A stretch of 64,000 nucleotides of DNA from Amphiscolops sp. MND2022 (lineage: Eukaryota), in assembly GCA_964187785.1 (NCBI GenBank), contig OZ076409.1, forward strand, positions 92,630,001-92,694,000, read 5' to 3'. Under the pieces are notes generated by a model. The model was not told the DNA's origin and ran no database searches. It saw only the letters and a program-made list of their open reading frames with translations. Positions 13,704-24,918 of this stretch are shown here, in pieces. Position numbers and translations under genes: made by a program. The first letter of the stretch is position 1, and each line of letters starts with the position of its first letter.

Positions 13704-16700
13704 GTGGTCATTGATGATCATTTTGTGGGGTATCATCTTAGGGGGGCGTATTCAGAAAAAAACTGCTAACGTCAATCTGAATCGAAGGTCCAAGGTGTGT
13801 TCCTGGCATGGTTTGTTACAAAGAGCGGTTTTCGAGATAGTTCATGATAGATTTCGGAAAATGCCAAAAATTAAACGGTCTTTCTGATCGAAATTTGAGA
13901 AAGTTTTACACATACTACTTTTTTGTCGAATGCTTATGTAAAACTTTAATTTGAAACTTTGTTTTCTGGTATCCAACTTTTTTTTACCTTGTCTTCGTCT
14001 TTGTAAAATCCTATACGAATCGGGAAAAACTGCAGTACAACCGATGAAGCGTATTTGTCTTGTTATTGGTTATAACAAAAACTGTAATATTAGAGTTAGA
14101 TTGGTGTCGAGAAACGAATTCAGCGTGTTTTTCATTACTTTTAGTCGAGGCTTCGGGAAATAAAACGCGATCAAAAATAGTTGCTTTTCGTCGTGAATTT
14201 TTTTTACTTTTCTTCAACCCGGTCGAGAAAACAATTTTCGTGTCGAATGCCAAAATCCAAAAAAATTTTACAAAAATCCCACAAATTGGCCAAATAGTCG
14301 AAAAGGTGTTCCCATTTTTTCCTTACATACTTATTGAAACCGAATAGTTCTTTTGGGTACTTTGAGACTTTTTTCTAAAAAGTTTCTAAAATGACCCGTT
14401 CGATTTTAAAAATAATTTTTCACATGAAAATTTGGGTTCTTCTGGAACCTGTGAGACTTTTCTTCGGAAAAACTTTGTGCAATTTTTTTCGAAAACACTT
14501 TTTTCACAAAAAGGTTTTCGCTTTGGTTTCATGGTTTCTGTTTCGAAAAATAAACATTTTGGTTTTTTCGTGTTTGCGGTAAGAATCAAAGCTTTTGAAA
14601 AAGCCTTTTTAGGGCCAAACGAGTCCACGTTGAGTTTTCGGTACAGTAAAAATGAGAACTTTTTCAAAAGAGAATCCTTGACGCTTTCAAGTACTTTCGC
14701 TTTTTTTGAGTCCTAAACAAGACACCGAATTACCGCCGTATAAAAGCTTGTTTACGTAATAATAACTCAAATTTTCCACCAGAAATGAAAAGAGTAAAAA
14801 ACTCAGGTAAAGGTCAGTTTCGAACCACACTCTTTCTGGCAGTACTAGAAACAAATCAGGCTCAAGTTCGAACAACAAAGTGAACAACAACAAATTATCA
14901 GTTACAGTGCATTTTTCATCGGAGAAAGTTAAATCAGATATCCACTCGAAAACTATTCATGAGAGAAAAGCAACATCGAAGTTTGACAATGACCTGATTT
15001 AAACTCTTGCTCTGGGAAGAACTAAATTGTGAAAAACAAGTTCAAAGATGATCAATGCCCAAAAAATTTGAAAGGAAATCCGTTCAAGCTACAAAAAGTC
15101 AATTTTCTTCAAGAATATATTTTTATAAAAAAAAACCGGAAATAAGAAATTTTGGTGGAAAGAGTGTCAAAAATACCAAAGAAGAAGGATGCTTTAAACA
15201 TGAAGAAAGCACTTTTGACATCAAAAACAAGGCAAGAAACCAGCTAGCAACAATTATTTATTTGAAAACGTCTCATAGAGCCGAAAATTCCCAAACAGTA
15301 ATTTTTGGTCCCCTTTGGTCTGATCCCTTTTGGTCTGATTCAGTCTTTCAAGTAGCTTTACAGGTAAAAGAATCGGGGAGAGCGAGAGCCTTTGGGCGGC
15401 GACCCCTGATGATCTTTGGATTCCAGACTAACTCAAAAAGGCTTTTCTGCAATTTTACTCAAATAAAAATCACAACAGGAAATTACAGGTTTTATATTTT
15501 TTTCAGCTGGAAAAAATCCCACATTGCCGAAAACGCAAATAGGTGACCTATTTACGCTTGAGCAACGCATTGTTTCAAATGAAAACAGACGGGAACAACT
15601 TCAGTGAGCACCCCTTCAAGGCGTAATTAGAGCAAAGTTTCTTACTCGCTCATATAAGTTATTGAGAAGAATCTCATCAAAAGAAAAAACAAAAGATCAC
15701 ACCTGTGACGGTTTTTCTCGACTGAAAACAATAAAAAACTCAAGCATTGACACGACACAAAAGTCACACAATGCTCAAAAAAAACTCGAAGGGTACCCTC
15801 TAAGCTTGCGAAAAGTTTCTATGTTGAAAACATTTCAAAAATTAAAAGGTGGGACACTACGAGGAAATGAAAGTTTTCCGGAAAAGAGTCTCAGTGCCGC
15901 AAAAGACCCCAAAGGGCGACCCTTTGATATTTCCTTTACCTTAGCAAGCCTTGAAAAACTTGGTCCAGTGCAAGATTCGAACCCAAATACAGGAACTCAC
16001 TTGCCAGTAAGAAAGCCCAGTTAACCTCCAGGTCAATTAGATAGCACTGACCCTATTTAATACGTAATGTAAAAGTCAAACTAGGAACTTTTAATCCGTC
16101 CAATGAAAATCTCCTATTTTCAATATTACGCTCTGAAGTAGTTCCATCACGTTTTTCTCAAGATACCATGAACATTTCTTTGCCCTAATGTCTTCAAGTC
16201 GTAAAAAACTTTCCTTGGTTTAGTATTTTTCATGCAAAAAAATGAATCGCACTGAGACTTTTCAGTGAGACGAACTTTTTGCTTCAGTGGCACATTTAGA
16301 TGAGTTTTTTCACATCAGAAGTAGCGGCAGTGCATACGAAAACCCTCACTTTGCCCGCAAAAACTAACAAAAGTTTTGCTGGTTTTCATCCTGTACATCT
16401 TTGATGCTGCTCGTGAAACCCGCCAAATTTTGCATAAACCTTGATTAAAACCTGAATAATTATCAGCTGCTCAAAATCTAAATTTTCGAGCATGAAAACA
16501 TCTCAAAGAATCAGCCAAATCTTGTAAAAAGTTCAGGCACTGTGGTCAAGGGCACCTAGTAGCTATTGGTAGATACTGCCCAGTGTAAAAACTCTGGAAA
16601 CTCTTGCCAAGATCTTTCATATTCTCACAGATTCCCGTTTACTCTTGAAAGCCGTGATAAGATCTTGTTTATTCTTGCTTCACATAAACCTCTTGATACT

Positions 16701-16729
16701 GTTGAGAGGAATCTTGGTAAGAGTCCTAT

Positions 16730-16998
16730 TGTGCTGCTTTTAATGGTTGGTTATTGTTTTTGATGGTCTTATACGCAACTACTAAAAGCGGCTGAGAGAC
16801 AGGCTAGCTAGCTTACTTTATTACAACTATTCCGAGGTGTTAGGAGTAGAACAAAAAGGAAGTCAACTGAATACTGATTATTAGTTTTCTCTTTCTGAAG
16901 GAGTAGAGATTTACAATCATTCAATAACAAATAAATGTACATTCTAGAACATTCTATAAGCATCTAAATACTATTGGTTATTAATGTAGGTCAGTACA
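16730..16998 (-). repeat. 3' LTR of element B
   Basis: 269-bp direct repeat of 35186-35454 with 2 substitutions seen. Preceded on minus by purine-rich AAAAACCGGGATGGA (PPT-like, ~16999-17013). Confidence 0.95.
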
Positions 16999-17993
16999 TC
17001 CATCCCGGTTTTTAAATAAAATAAAATTTTAAAGTAGCATCATTAATTGAAATGAAGAAAAAATTTTTTGTTTAAATGTTCTTAGCGTTTCAGCTAGTTA
17101 ACATTTTTCATTTGATGTATGATTGGCATAAGTCTCGTTAAGAGTGGTATAAGTTCGACTCATTGGTGTACCTCGAATTGTCAAAATTTTGATTGACACC
17201 TCGTAGGTGCGACTACAGTTCAAAAGCGTCAAAGTGTTCTTTTTCACTATGCTTTCGTCGGCTTGTCTTTTGAACTGGTAGATGCTCAATTTTATGCTTC
17301 TGTTGAAGTTTTGAATGAACTTCGCATTGAACAAACGTGAGCAAACATCATACGAGTTAGAGGTCAAAGAGTCAAAGAAATAATATTGTTGAGAAAAAAA
17401 ATTTTTTCGAACGTGAAATACGTTTGAAAAGATTTCAGGTTGTGATTAACTTTGGCGGGTTTGTTATGTAACAAATGTTGAAAACTTTGAGAATTTGGGT
17501 CTGTCATTATTCGAATTTGATCTGAACAATGTGCTTGATCTGATTTTGAGCTGGTTTTGTTGAAATTTGAAAAGATTTGTTGATAATATTTGTGAATTTT
17601 TTGGATAGGATAGCACCGAAAAATAATAATTATTACTAATTATTCTTTAAAAATAAAGCAAATAAATATCGGTACGGGTGTGAATAAAAGATTTTTGGGC
17701 AAATAAATATAGGTGGGGTGAAATATTAGATGAGTTTGAAACTTTTCGAAATGTTATCATGCACAATGTTTTTCTTTGAGCTTTCTTTATTATTACTTAT
17801 CGATCATCTTTGGCTGAGCATGTGGGTGACGATGGACGATTGAAAGATGGAAGAAGAAGGGTCAGCAGATGAATGAAGGTGGGCAACTGTTGGGCGGCGA
17901 TGAAGTTGAAGATGGGTGCTGATCTGTTGCTCGTTGAAGATGTGGAATTCGAAGATGGGAGTAGACGGGTGCTGTTGGTGGCGTCTGTTGATG

Positions 17994-18470
17994 TTAGAAG
18001 GAAACGTAAGTATATGTTTTGTGTGGATAGTTATTATCTAAAAGTGCTTCTTGGGGATCTTTTTGAAGGTCTTCGTCAGTGTCATCATTGTCATCTGAGG
18101 GCCAATATGAATTTAGACGTTGTTTTTCCATTTCGGAACGCATTCTATTGGATAGAGTTCGTATTAAACGCTTGGGTTTGATGGTAGTATGTTCTGTTTG
18201 GGTAGTGGCATCCTTTCGAGTTGAATAAGTGTCAGGATGTTTATGAATATGGAGATATTGGTCGTAATTTATTCTTGTTATTTGGAATATTTGGAACATA
18301 TTAAGCAATATCATCCTTGTAAGATGTGGGTCTGCCTTTTTTTCTGTTCGAAGCTGCGCATTTAATGTCGTTAAATGCTTTTTCAGGATCAAGGATCGCA
18401 ATCGAGCTGAAGAGATTGAAAGAAAAGGAGCTATCGGGCAGTCAATGTCGCCAGAGTGGATAGTTGTCAT
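17994..18470 (-). CDS. Accessory ORF of element B, 158 aa, unknown function (may be truncated by a frameshift)
   Basis: ATG-initiated, same sense as gag-pol-env, lies between env and the 3' LTR. No recognisable motif. Confidence 0.45.
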   Translation of the reverse strand: MTTIHSGDIDCPIAPFLSISSARLRSLILKKHLTTLNAQLRTEKKADPHLTRMILLNMFQIFQITRINYDQYLHIHKHPDTYSTRKDATTQTEHTTIKPKRLIRTLSNRMRSEMEKQRLNSYWPSDDNDDTDEDLQKDPQEALLDNNYPHKTYTYVSF

Positions 18471-18991
18471 ATTGAAGAATGAGAAAATTTCGTTGAAAGC
18501 TGTAGAAGATACTTCGGAATTCTTCTTGAATGGGTGACCTGAGAGGAGGAAGGAATGCTGAAGAAGCAGTTGTGACGATATTCACCTAAAATAGATTAGT
18601 TTGTTTACAATAAAGTTCCTTTGAAAATAGAATTTTGTAGTTGACATTTTTTTATTGAATTTTGTGATGTTATAACTTTTTAATTTTAAGAATTAAATTG
18701 TTGTATTTTGGAAGTCTTTTGAAGGGTATTTAAATATCTTTCATATAAGTACTTATTTGTTGAAATCGGTCCATTAAAAGGAGGAGCAATTGAAGAATTT
18801 CGTTGAAAATTTTTATGTCGTGATTGAAATTTTTATGTTATTTCATTTTAAAAGTGTATTTTAACATCAAGCATGTATTAGAATCATGCATAGCAGGCAT
18901 ATGCGTGTAGATTCAATTAATTTTGACAGGTTGTTAAGAGATTAAGTGATAAGTGTTAATAACTTTAAAGCTATTATCCCATAATTACCAG

Positions 18992-20284
18992 TTAAGATCG
19001 ATGCATTTTTTCAATAGTGTAGTTGAATTCGTCTAAGGATGTGCGAATGCACAAAGCTGATTGGCTAATTCTTGTCGTATCAAATACGATATTTTGTATT
19101 ATGCTTCGAGCTTGTTCAAGGGTATTTACGATTTCAGCGATTGTTATAAGAATATCTCGGTTTGGATGATGATACGGTTTTATGATATTCAGAATTTCTG
19201 TATATTTCTGTAATTCATCTGTTGGGCGAAAACTTTGTGGTTGAGGAATATCATTTTTGGTTTTCTTAGGCGATTCTTGTTTTGCCTTTTTATATTCTTT
19301 GTGATTTCCATTTGTAAGAAGTGAAAGCAGGTGGGAAATAATGAAAATTAATTCATTATTTGAATATCCCTTTTTGATCATTGCGTGGAAATAAGACTTT
19401 TCACAGTCTTCCAATGGTTGAGAGGCTATTTGTTGAAGTGGAGGAAGAGGATCAGATATATGTTGAGGTATATCTTCTTGTAGTAACGAATCGTCGTTTA
19501 GAATGAGGTATTCTTGTGGAACAATGATTGGTCTTTTTGGGTTATCATTTGGAAGGAAGAGAAAACTTTGTTTCAGCGGGTCATAATTTCTAAGTTTTCC
19601 TTTTGTTTTGGTATGATCTATTAAATATTCTGAGTTAAAAGTGAATGGCGATGTATATTTGGAGTTGAAGAATATATAATTATCGGGCTCTTTATATTGA
19701 AGGAACTTTTGATAAGTCATATGGTGGGCCTTTTTGATTTGATATGGCCAAAAATTTGCATCATTTTATTCTGTTCGAAGATCATATGGAGATGGTCTGA
19801 GGAAGTTGTATTGAAGTGAGAAAATTTTCACTTTATTGTTTAACCACCAATCATATGGGGTAATCAGTTTTGAAGCAATTGATGTATGATAATCATTTTT
19901 AAATTCTCTGATGATGAATTTGTATTTTGTTGGAATCATGTATAACGAAGTTAACTGAGATTGAAATGTGAATTGTTTCGACGAGAGAATAGGAACTAAT
20001 TCACAATCTCTATCTTCATCTTGTTTAGTTGGTTTTATGAAAGGAGGGCAAGCGCCAGATTCCATAAAAGGTTTATCTGCGGTTATATCTGGGTACTTTC
20101 TTTTTTGAGATCTTGTGTTAACATGATCTACTTGTTCAATAGGGATATTTTCTATAGGATCTTGAGAGTTGGAGGAAGAGTTATTATCTTCGTTAACATT
20201 TTGTTGAATAGTTATATTCAAAGGGGTTGCAAGCAATTCAGAGGGATTAGAGTTAACTACATCAATTTCGGGCAAGGATTCCAT
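18992..20284 (-). pseudogene. Accessory ORF of element B, ~430 aa, with one in-frame TAA at 19766-19768
   Basis: The 172-aa and 242-aa ORFs are in the same frame, joined by RTE*NDANFWPYQIKKAHH-MTYQ. Confidence 0.7.
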
Positions 20285-20700
20285 TATTTAAACTTGCGTG
20301 TTTTTGTAGAGCTAAAATAATGATTATAACATTTGATTACATTATTTCTAATACTAAGGAAAAATTTTGTTATGTCTTTTCTATCCATTAAATTGTTTGT
20401 TAAAATTAAAGTTTAAATTGTACTTACAATATGGGAATACTGGGTCAATGATGGGTTGAAAACATCAACAATCACAGTGGCATCTATTCCAGGAATAGAA
20501 ACTTCTGTGATTTAGGTCGTTTAAATGGACTGAAAATCCAGTTGAAGTCTTCTGGTTGAGAGTTGAGTTGAGTTGAAAAGGAGAGACCGGTCCGAGTGAG
20601 AATTTGGGTGTGAATGAAAGTTGAAACTGAGAAGAATTTGGTTGATAATTTTGTGATCTTTTCTTGAGGTTAATTTGTTTTTTAAGTTATTGCTTTTCAG

Positions 20701-23277
20701 CTAGGAGGGATTGAATTTTATAAAGACTTTAGCAGGACTTTCCGGTACAGCTATTACATTTGACATTATTGGGTCATAGTCCTGAGAATTAATATCGTTT
20801 ATATTAGTTGGGTGTGTCTTTTGCGGTGATTGAAATGTTGAATTCTTACTGGAATATTTAGGAGGTAAATAAGGGGAGTCAGTATCAGAGTGTCTTCGTT
20901 TATTGTTTAATTCTTTTTCCGGCAATAGGATATTATCATTTTCACTTGTTGTAATTTTGTGTTTAGTATATATCCGTTTTCGTTTTCCTGTATTATTTAA
21001 ATCGGTTACCATTTCCGATGTAACTATATTAAAAAATCCATGGGCTATTGAACTCAAAATGGAAATGTTGCTTTGGAGATTATATTTTATGCTAATTGTT
21101 CTGTAGAATTTGAGTAAAAATGTTAAAACTTCTCTAATGAAAAGGAATGTTGAAAAATAAATTCCACATTGGGTTAAAACATAACATGGGTATCCAAAGA
21201 AATTAATGAATGCTTGACTGAACCAGTCAGGGTTAAAAAGTGGTAAAAGATTTAACAAGTGGTCATGTACTCCAATCCTTAAATGATTATAGGGATTATG
21301 TTCTGAGTATGAGTGTTTTTCATTATGCATTGAAATGAAATCATAGCTTAATGATTTTCCAAGTAATTGAAGAGTTGTGTCTGAATGTTTAGCAAATAAT
21401 ACTCTATTCCAGAATTGATCTAATTCTGCATTTGAGTATATACCGGCATCTTGGGCGGTAAATGTATTAGGAGTGATTGTTGTTTTAATTTGGGTAGGTT
21501 TAAACATTTGTGGTGCTTCTCGTTTGAGTGGTTCTGGTGTTAACACATAAAAATCTCCGTCGTTGGAATCTGGATCTAATTCTATTATATTTTGTGGGTT
21601 ATTTCCACATTCAATTGTTGTTGCGTAGTTAAAAGTTTGTCTTGTTATTGGGTCAACATACATTATCGTTTCTCTGTAGTGTATAGGAATTCTATCAAAG
21701 CATTTATCTGCCTTGTATAGTGGTGATATAAAATGAGGGCAATCATACAGCCATGCTGTAGATCCTTCAACGTAGAGAAAGTTACTACGATTTCCAGTTA
21801 AAAGAAAACCGGCTAATTGGGGATTTTTAACTGACATTGCTAGTATTGTTAACAGTTGAGTTCTTTCTAGTTCACATATTGTATGAAGAGTGTTTAGTTC
21901 TTGTACTGTCATGGATTTAAATACATGATTTATTGTGAAATCAATTTTTGTATTAATGTGGGCATCATAGTCTAAAGTGGCGAAATTGTTTGATATATTC
22001 AATGCAGGGAATATATACCTTTTGTTTGAATCATCATATTTTATATTTCCACTAATTGTTTGGTCAATTATTGAGTGTGGTTTTGGTAATCCTGTGTTCA
22101 TATCAAAACCATCTAAGTATGTAACAAAGATGTCATCATATTGTGTTGAAATTAATGGTTCAGGTTTTCCACAGAAGGTTTGTGCAATTGGGTATATTTC
22201 AAATCGAGAAAGGCTTGGATTGCTTACTTTTGATTGTGGTGTTTTTATATTCGGGTATTTTGTTCCTTGTATTCCTTCGGTTTGAAGTTTTTGTGTGATG
22301 TTTGAAGTTTCAATAAAGGTATCGGTTTCTATCCAATATCTATCTTTGATTCGTGTCATTCTACCAATGAATTCTTGAAGTTGAAATATGAGGCAAAATT
22401 TTTCATCAAACCATGTTAATGTATATGGAGTTTTGGTCGTTGGTTTACAAAATCCGTCTGAATGATAACATGGTAATATGTGTCCGTCATGTATTAATTG
22501 ATTGTTTTTATCGTCATAATCTATTGCGGTGTTAACAATTCTAAGTTTCCAACTTTGTCGGGTAATTAAATGTTCGCGGTCTGATCGACATCTAGAGTAT
22601 GTATTTTGTGTAACATTAACTATCCAATCAGGATAATTTTCGTCAAATACGAAGGTTCCAATATGCCATGTATTTAATTTTTTTACTCTAAATGGTGTCT
22701 GAATTCGTTCAATTGTGTTTTGATAATAACTATCATCGAACAATGAGAAAGAGCTTTGTATATTGTAGTTGTTTAATTCTTCGCTATCAGTCGCGTTTAA
22801 ATATCTGATCATATTTTTGCATTCAATAGGGTCCAATATTTTTGGAAGTTCTAATGTGTTTTGTCCCCATTGTAAACGATCATATCGTCTACTAGATGTG
22901 AATGTTTGTGAACACCAGACTTTCTCAGTCTTTATATATGCTTCACATTTAAAGGCTTTTATTCTTTTGGCTTTTGCTCTAACGTAAATTGTTGCTTGGG
23001 TTTTTGTGTGTTGTATATCTGAGGGTGCTTGTTTACATGGTTCTACATTTATTAAACTGAATTGTCTTAAGTTATTTTGTTTTGCACAATCATAATGAGA
23101 TACCATTAAGTTTAAAATGTTAGGATCTTGGTCTGAAATATGATTTTCGGAATTGGTGGTGTCAACTTTGGGAACAGTTGAAGGGTGAACTAAAGAGTGA
23201 ACTATATTTATTATATACGTGTATTTAACAACTTGTATTATATATATTAAATGAAAGGTAAAGGTGATTTGGTTCAT
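20701..23277 (-). CDS. env: Envelope glycoprotein, 858 aa, class III fusogen-like (chuvirus G / herpes gB-like)
   Basis: Hydrophobic N-terminus, YDC..FSL..V.PC, CELER..L..L....NP..AG, EG...LY.C, C...IP..Y....YVDP.TR......IEC, and a hydrophobic TM segment (FINFFGYPCYVLTQCGIYFSTFLFI) before a cytoplasmic tail. Uninterrupted ORF in the env position. Confidence 0.8.
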   Translation of the reverse strand: MNQITFTFHLIYIIQVVKYTYIINIVHSLVHPSTVPKVDTTNSENHISDQDPNILNLMVSHYDCAKQNNLRQFSLINVEPCKQAPSDIQHTKTQATIYVRAKAKRIKAFKCEAYIKTEKVWCSQTFTSSRRYDRLQWGQNTLELPKILDPIECKNMIRYLNATDSEELNNYNIQSSFSLFDDSYYQNTIERIQTPFRVKKLNTWHIGTFVFDENYPDWIVNVTQNTYSRCRSDREHLITRQSWKLRIVNTAIDYDDKNNQLIHDGHILPCYHSDGFCKPTTKTPYTLTWFDEKFCLIFQLQEFIGRMTRIKDRYWIETDTFIETSNITQKLQTEGIQGTKYPNIKTPQSKVSNPSLSRFEIYPIAQTFCGKPEPLISTQYDDIFVTYLDGFDMNTGLPKPHSIIDQTISGNIKYDDSNKRYIFPALNISNNFATLDYDAHINTKIDFTINHVFKSMTVQELNTLHTICELERTQLLTILAMSVKNPQLAGFLLTGNRSNFLYVEGSTAWLYDCPHFISPLYKADKCFDRIPIHYRETIMYVDPITRQTFNYATTIECGNNPQNIIELDPDSNDGDFYVLTPEPLKREAPQMFKPTQIKTTITPNTFTAQDAGIYSNAELDQFWNRVLFAKHSDTTLQLLGKSLSYDFISMHNEKHSYSEHNPYNHLRIGVHDHLLNLLPLFNPDWFSQAFINFFGYPCYVLTQCGIYFSTFLFIREVLTFLLKFYRTISIKYNLQSNISILSSIAHGFFNIVTSEMVTDLNNTGKRKRIYTKHKITTSENDNILLPEKELNNKRRHSDTDSPYLPPKYSSKNSTFQSPQKTHPTNINDINSQDYDPIMSNVIAVPESPAKVFIKFNPS

Positions 23278-23279
23278 GG

Positions 23280-24750
23280 TTAAAATATTGATCTATAATT
23301 GAGTCCTGAGTAGGGATTAAAAAAGTTTATATGTCCTGTTCTAATCTCAGGTAAATCGGCGTCACAAAGGTAGGAAATGGAGTTAACAATGAATGGTGAT
23401 GGGGTTGTTTTATGTGCTACTCTTGTTGAAAGAGAGAATGGATGAGGTCCTAACGAGTTGAATGTGACTTCTACTTCAAATTTTAATGTGAGTTGTTGTT
23501 CTTGTAATCTTCGTAGTTCTCTTTGTTTTCTTTGAGTTGAGAGTGAACTATTGTTTATAAATCTTGCAGGTAATACCGTGTATCGAGGATCTTCGTTAAG
23601 CGTGCGAACAATTTTTGAGTTAACACGAATAGGATATTCGTGAGGATTTGGCGATGGAGGTCTTGAGAAGTCTTCTAAAAAATATTCAGGTAATTGTATA
23701 GAGGAGTTTGAGGCTATTGAACTAGGTGAGTAAACTCGTGAAAAATTAGCTGCGCTATCTGATATAGTTGCTGGCTCTTCAGAAAGAAGAGAGGCTGTTT
23801 CAAATCCTGATGTGATTTGAAATGGTAGTGATAGAGAAGATGGTATAATGGGCTGAGATGAGGAAAGAAAAGAAATGTCTAATCTGGGTTGGGCGTGTTG
23901 TCGAAGTAGTCTTGAGTTTGTACTTGAACTAGTTAAGGATTGTAATTCTTGAGAATCTCTTTGTTGTTGAGATCGAGGGTTATAATTATGTCTTGGTACT
24001 CTAGTACTAGCAGTTGAGTCAGAGTCTTTGTCTTTATGATATAAGTCTGTTAATGAAGAGGTAGTTGTTGAATGTACACGTTGTAATTCAAGCTTGGGAT
24101 ATATTTGAGAAAATGTGAAGGAACTTAGTTCCGATGGTGAAGGAGTTGGGTATTGTTGTGATTTTTTCGTTGGTGATTTTAATGAAGGTTCTGGTAAAAA
24201 TGTTATTGGGATATTACTTGATGATGGTAAATCAAGATTTTGTGGTAATGTAGGTAAAGGAGTTTTTCTTTTTGTTTTCGTTGCAGTTGGTACTTTGTGT
24301 GGACAAGAATTTATGTATTGTAGGACTGAGCTAGGATCAGGGATATGAATAGAACGAGTGGTAGTAATCGGTGGAAGAGGAGGTCTATTCAAAATATCTG
24401 AAGTGTCTTGTGTATTTGGTATTGTAGGTGTTTCATCATTAGAGTCAGAAAGTGGTGAATTTGTTTCTAAAAATGTTAGATTTCGTGAAATAGGTTGTGA
24501 TTGAGTTGTTAATATTTGTGGTTGAGTTTGGGATATAGGTGTATTAGTGGGTGTTGTTGGTACTCTATCAGGAGTGTTTGGAGCGGATGGACTGGGATTT
24601 GAGGATGAGGAATCCAGTATGTCTGTATCTGGGTTTAAATATGCTGTATATTCAGGTAACCTTTGGAGTGAATGTGTTGAACTAGAAGAAGAGTTATTTG
24701 TAGTTGATGATGGTGAGTGAATATGTCTATCAATTTTGAAATCGTTGTGT
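23280..24750 (-). CDS. Ser/Pro/Thr-rich ORF between pol and env of element B, unknown function; start uncertain
   Basis: The 370-aa track ORF stays open ~120 codons further upstream (to ~24750) with no ATG. Its stop lies 2 nt before the env ATG (TAA CC ATG). Confidence 0.6.
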
Positions 24751-24918
24751 TATGATAGTTAGTTTCAGCTTGTAAATAAGTTATAGTTTTATATCAATTA
24801 GGATTTCTTTCTTTTATTCTCATTCGTGAAATAAATTTCATTTATTTTCGCATTAAGCTTCAAACTTTTTCTTTCTTTCAAACTTTCTTCGTGTGTATTT
24901 CTTTCTGTATTCCGTATT

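Noticed and set aside
13950..16024. Several 60-160-aa K/F-rich ORFs
   Set aside because: Low-complexity translations of A/T-run-rich repeats with no protein motifs.
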